From Squalus acanthias (lineage: Eukaryota), in contig CM059432.1 in assembly GCA_030390025.1 (NCBI GenBank), positions 63,552,001 through 63,616,000 of the forward strand: a stretch of 64,000 nucleotides of DNA, in the 5' to 3' direction. This document shows positions 12,708 to 25,155 of the stretch, piece by piece; the stretch's first letter is position 1; the number at the start of each line of letters is the position of its first letter. Both the position numbers and the translations under genes were made by a program. The notes below the pieces were generated by a model. That model was not told the DNA's origin, did not search any database, and saw only the letters and a list, made by a program, of their open reading frames with translations.

Positions 12708-14499
12708 ATGCAGAGCATGATGGAGAGCGTGCACCAAGGTTTTCGGATAAAGTGCTGGAGGCCTTGGTGGAAGAGGTGGAACGGAGGGGAGACGCCCTGA
12801 ATCTGCAAGGGGGCAGGAGGCCCTCCAGACACATGCTAGGAGGCAGTGGGAAGAAATTGCGGCGGATGTCAATGCCAGTGTTGCTTCTTGAACATGGATG
12901 CAGTGCAGGAAGAAGATGAATGAATTCACACGTGTTGTCAAGGTGAGTGACTTCATCTTCAAATGGCATATCTGACCATCTGCACCACTAGCCTCATCCA
13001 CTGCTCGATTCACTACATCTCCATCACTCGCCTACCAACAATCTCCATCAATCAGGACTCAACCCTAAAATTCATATGCTTTACCTCACCCTCACACACT
13101 TAGCACTGTTGCAAGCCTCACATCCACAACTCACAGCTCGCACACACTGGCAGCTATTCAACCATGACAGCCACATCATATTACACAACACTCACTGACA
13201 CACTACCCTCTTTCTTGCATGCGAAGGTGGGGCATAACAAGAGGTAGCAGGAAAGAACTGGAGGAGGACAAGCGTGCCTGCATGTTTTAACCCCCATGGA
13301 GGAGACAGTGCTGGCCATCATGGGAAAGGGTATCGCTGAGGCCATGGCCACTGGCGGCGCTGAAGCGATTGATGATGAGGGTATTCGCATACCTAATCCT
13401 CCTTCCCTCATCCCACTTCTCCCTCATCCCTCAATATCTTCTGAGTGAGAAGCTACAGATGGTGTAAGCACGCACTTCTTACTTTCTCCTCTCCCCTCGC
13501 CACAACCCTCCCTTGTCCCTTTTTCATTTCAGATACCCAATCACTGGAATCTGCCCAGTCAGTGGAGGAACAGGAAGAAGACAGTAAAGATGAAAAGACA
13601 CCATCACTCGATCTTGCAGTCGCAGCCACCAGCTCAGATACTGACGCTGCATGGATTTAGACTCGGGTATAGAGGCGGGATCTGCACACGGTGAGACCCC
13701 GGGCACAAGTGCGCAGGAGCCAGGGCGGGGGGAAGGGATAGCCCAGGTGCCAGCTCGCAGAAGGGCGAGGTCGCACACTAGTTCTGCTGCAGAGGAGTCA
13801 GATGAGGACTTTGATGGGCCAGGCTACAGAAGAAGGCTGATGGATGTGCATACCCAAATACTTGGTGCACAGGAAAGCCGGCCAGAAAAGATGCACTCAA
13901 TGTCAAAGGGCATGGAGGAGTCCAGTGCCAACTTAGCACAGGGCTTTGCGCAGAGCTTGAAGCCCATCCTTTCCAACATGGAACGGGTGGTTACCTTCAT
14001 CAGCACACCTATGGAACCCAGCATGATGCAAAGTCTGAGGCCGATGTCTCAGCTTCCATTGCAATACAAGCAGCTTCCACTAAACGTCTGAGTGCTGCAG
14101 TGGAAGCTCAGACTGCTGCCAGGCAAGCTCAGACTGCTGCCATCATGGCGCTGGATACAACTGTTCAAAGGGGTTTCCAGGGCACCACAGCAGTCCATCA
14201 ATCTATTCTCCAACAGCGTACTAAGATTGCTGCCCCGTGATTGTGGTAGTGGTTCCATGGGGTATGAACCTTCTGTCCTCTCTCAGGATGACAACGTTCA
14301 TGCTCCCACCCCTGCCACTCCACCAGTGCCCTTGCTGTTGCCTGTCAGCCAGTCACCCAGATGGCTGCAGCCCAGGCCGAGATGGTGTAGTCTGAGGTCA
14401 ATTGGAGGTCAGCTGCCTTCCACCACCCATGCTGCAGCCACTGGGGAAGCACTGCGTAGGAGCACTAGGAGAGGCAAAGGCACACGGAAGAGGCACTAA
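12708..14499 (+). pseudogene. Harbinger Myb/SANT-like DNA-binding protein, 3 exons (about 12708-12942, 13221-13380, 13533-14499), disrupted
   Basis: ERAPRFSDKVLEALVEEV...QWEEIAADVNA...WMQCRKKMNEFTRVVK|gtgagt, then ERTGGG...LTPMEE, then acceptor tttcag at about 13532. Confidence 0.8.
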
Positions 14500-14693
14500 A
14501 GGAATACACAAGGGTGATTAGTTTATTTTTGTACGACATTACATCATGATTTCATTTGTAAATTTGGATTGGAATGTGCATTTTAAGTTGACGTTTATTT
14601 TTGTGTTGTCAGAAAGAGGATGATATGATGGTCAATGATAGAGGAAAGGTAAGGAGTGTGGGACTGTTGGTGAATGGAGAGTTGTGGTTGAGG

Positions 14694-15835
14694 TTACTGG
14701 TATCGCTCATGAATTATTTGATCACGTAGAGCCTGGGCAGAAAGTGGCTGTCTACGTTGTAACCTCCCTTCCTCTTCCTGTTCCTTCACTTCCTCTTGCA
14801 CTTCCTCTTCCACTTCCTCCTCCTCCTCTTTCTTGTGCTCCTGCTCCTTAGCTTCTCGCCTGATAGGTGGTGGCAAGGGCTGTTCCCTCATAATGGTGAG
14901 GTTATGTAGCATGCAGCATACTACCACATATCTTGATACCCGCTCAGCTGAGTACTGTAGGGGTCCTCCAGAGTGGGCTAGGCAGCAGAAGTATTGCTTG
15001 AGGATGCCGATTGTGTGCTCTATAATGTTGCTTGTGGCAGCATGGCTCTCATTGTATGTCTGCTGTGCACATGTGTATGGGTTTCAGACAGAAGTCATGA
15101 GCCATGTCATGAATGGATATTCCCTTGTGCAGAGTAGCCAGCCTTTGGCTTGCTGTGGTGGGTCAAATGCATCTGGCACAGAGGACTGCCACAGAATGAA
15201 GGAATCTCTACTCCTGCCAGGATGATGGGCATTCACACTGCCTGTGGCCACACACCAGCTGCACATTGAGGGAGTGGAATCCCTTTCAGTTCAGGAAAAT
15301 GGCCGAGTTCACTTGAGGCGCACGCAAGGCAATGTGCGTGCAGTGAATGGTGCACTTCACCATGGGGAAGCTTGCAATCCCAGCAAACGCTTATGCTTGC
15401 TCTGGCTGCTTGTCTCTGGCAAGAGAAAATGAGATTAAAATGTTTCTCTGTGTATAGAGAGCCTCAGTGACCTCTCTTATGCAGCAGTATGCTACAAACT
15501 GTGAGATGTTGCTTACATCTCCAGCAGCAGCCTGAAAGGAGCCAGACGCATAAACATTAAGAGCCACAGTCACCTTGACAGCCACAAGCAATGCGGTTCT
15601 TTCCCTGCTTTGAGGTTGCAGCTGCGTTTGCAGCAATTGGCAGAATTCAGCCAACACGTCATTAGTGAAGCGAAGACATCTCAAGCATTGGTCGTCGTTG
15701 AAGACCCTCGGTGGATATGGCCTCCTTCTCGCCCTCCTCCTCCCTCTTTTAGCATCTTCTCCTGCTCTGTGTGGCCTCACTTCATTCTCTCAGTCGTGCT
15801 TAATTCCAAGAGGAAGGCCTACCAGGCCACCCATG
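14694..15835 (-). pseudogene. Harbinger (HARBI1-like) DDE transposase, frameshifted
   Basis: RRRPYPPRV, VAVKVTVALNVYASGSFQAAAGD, HPGRSRDSFILWQS, WLMT, IEHTIGILK-like sequence, VVCCMLHN. Confidence 0.88.
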
Positions 15836-16189
15836 TCTGGAAGCAACTTGTTTCAGTACGACCCTTTAAACCACCAATAAAGTACTTCAGTACCAGCCAG
15901 ACCACTCCCTGTAGACTACTCAAACTTTAGACAAGTATAGGAAAGCTTCAGAAATGCATAGAATTCCACCAACAGTCAGAGGAAATAATCTAGCAACGAA
16001 CCTTTAAGTAGCGCAGGTGGAGGGGGGGCCTTCATTCCGTTTAACGTCATGTTTAACTGTGTGAGATTAAGAGAGGGTGTAGGCTGGAGTGTGGCCTTTG
16101 AAAATGGCAGCACTGGTGTTAAATCAGCATTGCACACTGATTAACATTATAATCTGCCTGCTCTGCATGCTGCCGGCGGTCATTGGGTG

Positions 16190-16277
16190 TTTTTTTTATT
16201 CGTACCTGGGATGTGGGCGTCGCTGGCAAGGCCAGCATTTTTTGCCCATATAATTGCCCTTGAGAAATTGGTGGTGA
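16190..16277 (-). mobile_element. LINE family B extreme 3' end (or tail of its partner SINE)
   Basis: ttttttttattcgtacctgggatgtgggcgtcgctggcaaggccagcatt is the reverse complement of the family B tail. Confidence 0.8.
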
Positions 16278-17331
16278 GTCCAAACATGGACAAAAGAGCT
16301 GTATTTCAGAGGTGAGGTGAGAGTGACTGCCCTTGACATCAAGGCAGTATTTGACCAAATGTGGCATCAAGGAACCCTAGTAAAATTGAAGTCAATGGAA
16401 AACAGTGAGAAAACTCTCCATTGGCTGGAGTCATAGCTAGCACAAAGGAAGATGGTTGTGGTTGTTGGAGGCCAATCATCTCAGTCTCAGGACATTGCAT
16501 GCAGCAAGACCTGGACGACATTTAAGCTTGGTCTGATAAGTGGCAAATAACATTTGCGCTACACAAGTGCCAGGCAATGACTATCTCCAACAAGCGAGAA
16601 TCTAACCACCACCTTTGACATTCAATGGCATTAACATCACCGAATCCCCCACTACCAACATCCTGGGGGGTCACCATTGACCAGAAACTTAATTGGACCA
16701 TCCACATAGCTACTATGGCTACAAGAGCAGGTCAGAGGCTGGGTATTCTGTGGCAAGTGTCTGATCTCCTGATTCCCCAAAGTCTTTCCAGCATCTACAA
16801 GGCACAAGTAAGGAGTGTGATGGAATACTCTCCACTTGCCTGGATGAGTGCAGCTCCAACAACACTCAAGAAGCTCGACACAATCCAGGACAAAGCAGCC
16901 CGCTTGATTGGCACCCCATCGACCACCTTAAACATTCACTCCCTCCACCACTGGCGTACCGTGGCTGCAGTGTGTACCATCTACAAGATGCACTGCAGCA
17001 ACTCTCCAAGGCTTCTTCGGCAGCACCTCCCAAGCCTACGACCTCTACCACCTAGAAGGACAAGTGCAGCAGGCGCATGGGAACACCACCACCTCCAAGT
17101 TCCCCTCCAAGTCACACACCATCCTGAATTGGTAATATATCGCCGTTCCTTCATCGTTGCTGTGTCAAAATCCTGGAACTCCCTCCCTAACAGCACTGTG
17201 TGAGTACCTTCACCACACGGACTGCAGCGGTTCAAGAAGGTGGCTCACCACCACCTTCTTGAGGGCAATTAGGGATGGGCAATAAATGCTGGCCTTGCCA
17301 GCGACGTCCAAATCCTGTGAATGAATAAAAA
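16278..17331 (+). mobile_element. LINE family B 3' part with internal deletion
   Basis: TALDIKAVFD, GVTIDQKLNW, YKAQVRSVMEYSPLAW. Tail gaatgaataaaaa. Confidence 0.92.
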
Positions 17332-18529
17332 ACAAGTATCTTTGACACAAACACATTAATATGCCTTAGTCATAAAAGGGTGGACATGTCATCACAAGTT
17401 GCCAGCTGCAGGTACTTAGGGGAATTAAAGTACGGGAAAATGAATTTGGAGGTAGCACAACTTATGCAGTAGCAAATCGACAGCCCTTTTTACAGCCCAA
17501 AAGAATGCATCCTAAGCATAACATGTGGTAGAAGCACTGAGGATAGTGCAGCAGATGGCTGGAGTAATGGTGGAGTCCACTGCCATCCTTTGTGGAATCA
17601 CCAGGAAAACCATATCATCATTGCAGGGTACTCTGGAGCATGTGGCAACTCCAAAAGCATCTACTGCCACACTGAAATACCTGAAATAAAGATGGACAAA
17701 CTTTAACATTTTTTTCTAAAATTTCTTAAAAATTTTAATTTTTTATTAAAATAGACAAATTTCATACTGCACAAAATTAAAATTATTTTTGCAGGCCCTT
17801 TACCTTTTTTTTAGCAGTCAATACGCTGTTAAAACTCCAGTTACACCTAATCCCTTTGGGTCTAACTTTTAGTGGGGAATTTAACAGCGTACTTACTGCA
17901 GAAGAGCCGAAGTTTTCATTAGTTTCTCTGATTTGGGTGATTACACAGATTGCCGGCTCTGTTGGGAAGGGGGGCAGGTGGGGTGGGGTAGGGGACACAG
18001 TGCAGCCTGTGTCAGAGCTGTGAATGACAGACCACAACTTCAGGATTTCCACATGCGCCTGTGCATGCAACAAATCTCGAAGTTGCGGTCAGTTTCAAAG
18101 GCGGAATTATGGCAAACGCTGCCAGTTCGCCATCATCCCGACCGCAAAATCCAGGCCCTGGTCATACTTTGCAGCCAGACGTCTCACACACCCATGATCC
18201 TCAGGTAGCACCTGGCAGGAGCACTAGATTAGGCCTGAGGATATCATGCAGGGGCACCAAGGGGAAGGGGGAAGCACAGTGTGCGTAAGCCGTAGGCACT
18301 ATAATGGCAGCAGGTGCTGAAAATAAACCTCTTGCTGATAGTAAGTGTACTATTTCGGTGCAATTTCCCTTGCCAGTTGACTCTTAACTTTGATGTTGGG
18401 TGAAATCTGTGTTAGCTGACTGACTGCGATAGTATTTGGTTTGTTTTAATTAGCAGAGAAGGTGTCCACAATAAGCTATCGAAGAATGGCTCTTGCAGTC
18501 AATAACAGTTGATCATCTGTGTCTTCTTT

Positions 18530-19250
18530 TGCTACTGCTCCTCTGCAAAACGTTGCCCCACAGCTGTATCACCTCCCTCCTTGGGGACATCAATGAGTAG
18601 GTCTTTCTGTAGGTTTAAATTGTACAGAATGCATGAACAATTATAATACAAGAGACTCTGCTGGGTGTATACAGGAGAACGATTCATACATATGAAACTA
18701 CCATTCAGCGTTCCAATGGTGTGCTCTATGAGAATGCAGGCGGCAGCATGGGCCTCATTGTAGCATTCCTGGCCAGATGTGATGAATATCCACACAGGTG
18801 TCATGAGCCACAGTGGCAATAGCCACCCAGGCAGTTGCTTGTCCAAGTGAAAGACAGCTGGCATGGTGGATTGGCATAAAAGGAAAGTGCCATGGCAGCT
18901 GTCAGGAAACGAAGTGATCATATGCATATCATTCGCGTTGTTGGTCACATACCAGCTTTATATTGAATGAATGGAAGCTTTTACGGTTCACGTACTTTTC
19001 AAGTATTGACATATGGTGCCCAAATGACCACATAGGCAGCATCTATGACACTCTGCATGTTGGGGAAGCCAGGTATATTACAGAAATTAATAGCCCTATC
19101 ATTCTAATGCTGGGGGAGGGTTCATTCCAAAGTTTACAAATGGGGCGGGCTTGCTAAACAAGTCATCAGTTACCTGACACATGCAGGTATGAACTGCATC
19201 GAAGATTCAAGATCTTGCCAAAACAAGTGCGAAAGAAAACTTGAACAGAA
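18530..19250 (-). pseudogene. Ancient Harbinger transposase relic
   Basis: FPDSCHGTF, GWLLPLWLMTP, YNEAHAAACILIEHTIGTL, CILYN. Confidence 0.7.
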
Positions 19251-19899
19251 GAAAGCATAATCAGAGATAGAATAGTATTTCTACATAGAGCCAGGGTACT
19301 AGGAAGAGCCCAAACTGACATTGAAAGATTGAATCAATATATGTAAAGTTAATGAATTAATAGCAAAGCAACTGAAAGAAGTACCCAGGAAAAATTGCAA
19401 AATTTAGCACAGAAAAAACAATGGTAACTCTAGTGGGAGTGGAACAGGAGAGCTGGAAATTAGGCTGGGACCCAGAGGGTGGGGCCAGAGGCGAGGCTGG
19501 GGCCACCCATTGTGAGGAGCTCTCAGGTCCTGGGCCCTTGGTGGTATCTGGTGTAGGACTGGTAAAATCGGGCATACTGACCTGCCAAAGGGTCAATGTG
19601 GGCCCCACATGGGAATTCAGGCCAGGATCATGGCCTGGACCACTGAAGAAGAGGCAATTTTTCTTTTTATTGATTACTTAACTGTAATCCCCAACTTACC
19701 CCACCAGAACTATCAAGTTGCATTGAGATTCCTGGCCTCTCCACCAGAGCGAGCAGTGCCCAAGATGCAACCCTTATGGCACAGATGCCCATCCATGCCA
19801 AGCACAATGGGGAATCTTCTCCTGATCCTGGAAATCTGGCAGGGCTAGCAATCGGCATAACCCTAACCTAATTGCTGGGATCACAGGTCTAAGGATTTT

Positions 19900-22110
19900 C
19901 AGGGCCAATGACTTTAGATAAAATTGTTGGAAAGTTCCTGAAATAGACTGTAAATACTGTGGAAAATATCATGTCTTTCTCAAGCTCAGAAGAATAATGC
20001 ATGTAGAGAAGAGAACCATTTTTCAGTTAAGTGTTTGAACAAAGATAAACAGCAACTACATACAGTAGATGAAGCTAGATGTGACCCAGATTAAAGTCAC
20101 ATTCTCTTGCTTGAAGTTGTTGGTAGTTGTATAAGACCAAACTGCTAACAAATTATATTCCAATATGCTCATAAACAACAAGCAAGCCAGGTTCCAGTTA
20201 GACCGTGGTACGACTGTCAATTTTCTACCTGAGACTAAATACCTGAGACTGATGATCCAAGTGGCAGAAAGCTTCAGTATTCTAAACTTCACGGGGGTGA
20301 AATTGAATTCAATGGAAGAGAAAATCAGGCATGGTGTAAAACGGGCTGCCAATTTATTACAAGCCCATTTCCCGTTACTGGTGTAGATCAATTTCATCCC
20401 ACTTCTCATGTTTAAAAGAACAGAAACAGTCATGAAATAGAAGACAGTAAATCATGAGAACATCATGACGATGAATGCTTTATCAATCACAAAACAAAAT
20501 GTAGTGGCCAAGTACCAGGATGTATTCAGAAGAGAGGGGAAGTTAGAAGGCCTACTGAACCACCAAATTAAGCTCAGAATCTCACCTAATTGATTACCAG
20601 CCAGGAAACTCTCTAGCTGAAAAATAACTTTTAAAGAAGCATGTTTAATGAGCTTGTTGATCAGAAAGTGTCTTGAATGACGCGGTACCTTTAGCGGTGG
20701 CAGTAACAAAAAGGAATGATTAAGTGTATCTGTGTGTCAATCCAAAGCTATTTAAAAGACTCTCAAGTATAATCATTAAGTACTTCGAACCACAGATGAT
20801 GTTCTGTCTAAACCAATGAAAGTGAAACTACTCACAGTTGTGGATTCAAAGAATAGGTTTCGGCACATTCTATTGGATGAAGAATTGAATCTCTAGACTA
20901 CTCTTTCTACACCATTTGGAAGGTTTAGATGCTTGTTCATGCCTTTCAGAATTCTCCAGCTCCTGATGAACTTCAGAGAAGACTTCACAGGATATTAAAA
21001 AATCTTGAAGGAGATGCTGTCATAATGGATGATATTTCAGTCTGCTGTACAGATGAACAGGCCATAATTGAAAACTGAAACCCAGTTGAAACAATTTCAA
21101 CAAGACAATATCAAACTGAACAAGGGTGAAATTAAGATGAAGGAATGAGAAATGGAATATTTGGATCACAAACTCCTGGAAGATAGATGAAAATCAGATC
21201 CTACTAAAGTTAAAGAAGTACAAATTATTCAGAGAATTCTTGGAATGACTATCTGCATCAGTTTGCTTCAAAGTTATCAAAGGTGACTGTTCTTCTTAGT
21301 GACCTACTGAAGAAAGAAGTTGACTTTACATGGGACTCACCATGAAAACTATCTGCATGAGGTCAAGAACCAGCACTAAAATACTTTGACAACAATAAGG
21401 ATGTGTGATGCATCTCAAAGAGAACAACAAGCGTGTCTCATGTAAAATAGTGAGCCTATGGTTTACCTCAAGATCTCTAACTGAAACACAGATAAATTAA
21501 GCTCAGACTGAAAAAAAAAGCTTTTAATCATTGGCTGAGAATTTCCTCGGAGGTGCACTGGCCCTGCCTCCGCAACTTTGTTGGAAATGCAGTGTAAATG
21601 GGGATTCCACTGCACTTCTGGAAAAGTTACAGTGGTGGAGCGGAAGCTGCTCTGAGGAAATACCCAGCCATTGTTTTTGGTTTGGAGAAATTTGAGCTGT
21701 ATATTTTTGGAAAGAAAATTACTGTAGAATGTGATAACAAACTGTTTGAAGCCATTTTGAAAAAGAATCATGTGATGTGCTCAAAAGTACTAATTTGATC
21801 TTGTCTTCAAGAGAGGCAGGGATATGTTTCTTGCTGGCATGCTGAACACATACTATCTACTTCATATTACCAGAAACAAGCAAATCATGACAATTGACAC
21901 ATGTTCAAAAGCAGAATAGGAGATAGATGCCATCAATATGCTGTAAATATGAGAATGGAATGACCAAAATTAAGCAAACTACCAAATGAGATGAAGATCT
22001 GAAATAGTTGAGAATGACAATAAATAAAGGATGACCTGACACAAAAGAAGTGCCACTCCAGATTGTTGTATATTTCACCATTAGAGAAGAAATTAACAGA
22101 AAAATGGACT
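19900..22110 (+). mobile_element. Decayed Ty3/Gypsy gag-pol (zinc knuckle, protease, RT, RNase H)
   Basis: CKYCGKYH, FQLDRGTTVN, VDSKNRFRHI, STPFGRFRCLFMPF, IMDD, IVFGLEKFELYIFGKKITVECDNK. Confidence 0.82.
21533..21669. mobile_element. 137-bp Harbinger-like MITE inside the Gypsy RNase H
   Basis: TIRs ggctgagaatttcctcggag / ctctgaggaaatacccagcc. ATT duplicated at 21530-32 and 21670-72. Confidence 0.85.
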
Positions 22111-22241
22111 GATCTTTTTAAAAGGGGTGCTGGAACAGAGAGACCTGGGGGTACATATACACAACTCTTTGAAGATGGCAAGAAAAGTTGATAGGACTGT
22201 TAAAAAAACCATACAGGATCCTAGGCTTCAAAATTAAGTAT

Positions 22242-23968
22242 GGACTAGAAATTAGTTACAGCCAAGGAATGGGCAGTGTTTAGACTAAAAATGGTGAATT
22301 AGCGCCAGGTGAAAATGATCTAGACTGAACACAATGTTCGTCCTCACTCCTCATTAAAATGATTGGAGCCATAAATCTAGTCTAAAAACCCAAGTTCATT
22401 GGCGTTACACTGAAAAGATGGTCCAATATCGGGTGTAGTCTAAATGCAAGTAACGATTGCCACAGGCTTTTTTCACTGCTTAAAGAGGAGGTCCATTAAA
22501 GCTGCAGCACCTCATTCTCAGCATTATTGGGTGTACAGCTGCATCAACAACCATAAGAAGAAGGACAAAGAGAAGGAGCACTTATTTACAAATGCTGATG
22601 GCAGACTGCTGCTCCAGGAAGCGAGCCTGGGGGTTTTCCAAGGAAGCTTTGGAGGCATTGGTTTTAGCGGTGGAGAGAAGGTGGGCGGTCCTGTACCAAC
22701 AGGTAGGAGGCCCTCGCCACAAGTCTGCCGGACTATGTGGAGGGAGGTGGCACACCACATCACGGGCAGCACTGTGGTTCCCACGTCCCACACCCAGTGC
22801 AGGAGGATGTTCAACAAGCTCTCACGGGTGGTCAGGGTGAGTGAAGGCTTCAACAAATGCTATATACCAGCATCTGTACACTGCTCAATGTACCACACCC
22901 CCAGCACTCACCCACCAACAAGCTCTACTTAGCAACACTCACACCCACATCTCACACCTTGCACACAATGGCAGCTATTCAACTATGGCAGGCACAAGTG
23001 TCATTAGTTATTAGAATTCATGTGATAGGTGTGATATGTTTATAGATAAATTTATTAATGGTGTTTGGAATATTTTGTGGTCTCTCTCATTTCACCTTTG
23101 TGCCCAGGAGGATGCTATGATACGCCATGAGACAGGGATTGTATGATAGGGATGTGGAGAGCTATGGGGATCTGGGGTTTCATTCATGTGAATCGGAGTC
23201 TGCTGAGCTGGTCACGGACAGCCCGTCCAGAAGGCCAATTGTCTTGCTGCCTCCGCCCTCCGCCCTCCATCCTGTTCCTCCTTGTCTTCTTCCTCCTCGT
23301 CTCGTCCTCATCCTCCTCGTCCTCGTCCGCCTCCCTCTGTGCACATGTTCCCATCTTTCTCGCTGCCTACACTCCCTCCACCGTAGATCCTGGAGGGCGA
23401 GGTGGGCATGACACCTTGCCCTCCAGGATCTACGGTGGAGGGAGCGTAGTCAGTACAGCCCCCATTAATCTTACCAAGTGTTGCAGTTTGAATCTTTGAA
23501 GAATAAATGTAGCTACTTTGTACTTGCCACAAGACTCCTGATACAAAAGAACCTTGAAATTACTCAATGAAACTGTTGCAGTAGCTGAAACTAACACAAA
23601 GCCACTGAAACTGTACTAACCTGAGAGGTGCGAGTGATTACTGATGATCCCTTTAAATAACGTCCCTGCAGCCGGCTTCCTGGTGCAGCATGCCAGATCT
23701 CCCTGTCGGTGTTTACTCCAAATAGTGAGGTAAGTGGCTAAAAGCAATTTGGGAAATCAGGCGTTCAGTGGGCATTGCACACTCACTGACGTCGCGATCT
23801 TCCTGGAGTTGAGGTCCCCGGCAATAGCTGTTACCGGCAGTGCTACGAGGGTCCCAATTTGGCGTGTGCCACTGGATTCGCCTTGCTCTGTCGGTACTGG
23901 TCTCAACACCGCATTAGCGCCATCTACTGGCACTAACGGGTGGCACTAAGGGGACGAATTTTTCCCTC
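22242..23968. mobile_element. Harbinger internal-deletion derivative
   Basis: TIRs ggactagaaatt / aatttttccctc. Myb exon FSKEALEALVLAVE...QCRRMFNKLSRVVR|gtgagt on +. Transposase N-terminus MGAVL... on -. Confidence 0.8.
23370..23446. mobile_element. 77-bp hairpin mini-MITE flanked by TA (Tc1/mariner-like)
   Basis: 35-bp TIRs with 2 mismatches, 7-nt spacer, TA at 23368-69 and 23447-48. Confidence 0.7.
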
Positions 23969-24485
23969 AAAGAGTACAAAAGCAAAGAAGTTATGTTAAA
24001 CCTTCATAAGTCACTGATTAGGCCTCAGCTGGAGTACCATGTCTAATTCTGGGCATCACACTTTACATAGGATTACATAGGATATACAGCACAGAAACAG
24101 GCCATTCAGCCCAACCAGTCTATGCCGGTGTTTATGCTCCACTCGAGCCTCCTTTAGGAAGAATGTTAAGCCTTGGAGAGATGCAAAGGAGATTTACTAG
24201 AATGGTACTAGAGATGAGGGACTTCAGTTATGTGGAGAGACTAGAGAAGTTGAGATTGTTCTTCTTGGAGCAGTAGGGTTTTGATGGAGTAGGGTAGGGA
24301 GAAACTGTTTCCACTGGCAGGAGGTTCAATAACCAGAGGACACAGATTTAAGATAATTGGCAAAAAAAAGGTGGGAGATGAAGAGAATTTTTTTACGCAA
24401 TGAGTTATTATGATCTGGAATACGTTACCTGAAAGGGTGGTGGAAGCAGATTCAATAGTAACTTTCAAAAGGGAATTGGATATAC

Positions 24486-25155
24486 AAGAACATAAGAACA
24501 TAAGAAATAGGAGCAGGAGCAGGCCATTCGGCCCCTCGAGCCTGCTCCACCATTTAATGAGATCATGGCTGATCCACTTTTGGCCTCAACTCCACTTTCC
24601 TACCCACTGCCCATAACCCTTGACTCCCCTGTTGCTCAAAAATCTGTCTATCTCAGCCTTGAATATATTCAATGACTCAGTTTCCACAGCTTTCTGGGGT
24701 AAAGAATTCCAAAGATTCACGACCCTCTGAGAGAAGAAATTCCTCCTCATCTCCGTCTTAAATGGGTGACCCCTTATCCTGAAACTATGCCCCCTCGTTC
24801 TAGATTCCCCCACGAGGGGAAACATCCTCTCAGCATCTACCCTGTCAACCCCCTCAGAATCTTATATGTTTCAATAAGATCACCTCTCATTCTTCTAAAC
24901 TCCAATGAGTATAGGCCCAACCTGCTCAACCTTTCGTCATACGTCAACCCTTCATCCCAGGAATCAACCTTGTGAACCTTCTCTGAACTGCCTCCAATGC
25001 AAGTATATCCCTCCTTAAATAAGGAGACCAAAACTGTACATAGTACTCCAGGTGTGGTCTCACCAGAGCCCTGTACAGTTGTAGCAAGACTTCCCTACTT
25101 TTATACTCTATCCCCCTTGAAATAAAGGCCAACATTCCATTTGCCTTCCTAATTA
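24486..25155 (-). mobile_element. CR1 3' end nested in the plus-strand CR1
   Basis: LYRALVRPHLEYYVQFWSP, SRTRGHSFRI, and an (AAGAACAT)n tail. Confidence 0.92.

Larger units (their letters stand above)
12401..16190. mobile_element. PIF/Harbinger transposon, near full length, right end lost
   Basis: Left TIR gggggagaaattggcg. Convergent Myb/SANT (+) and DDE transposase (-) pseudogenes. Confidence 0.88.

Noticed and set aside
14694..15835. Domesticated HARBI1 or MSANTD host genes
   Set aside because: They have frameshifts and stops, lie next to a TIR and have several related decayed copies in the window.
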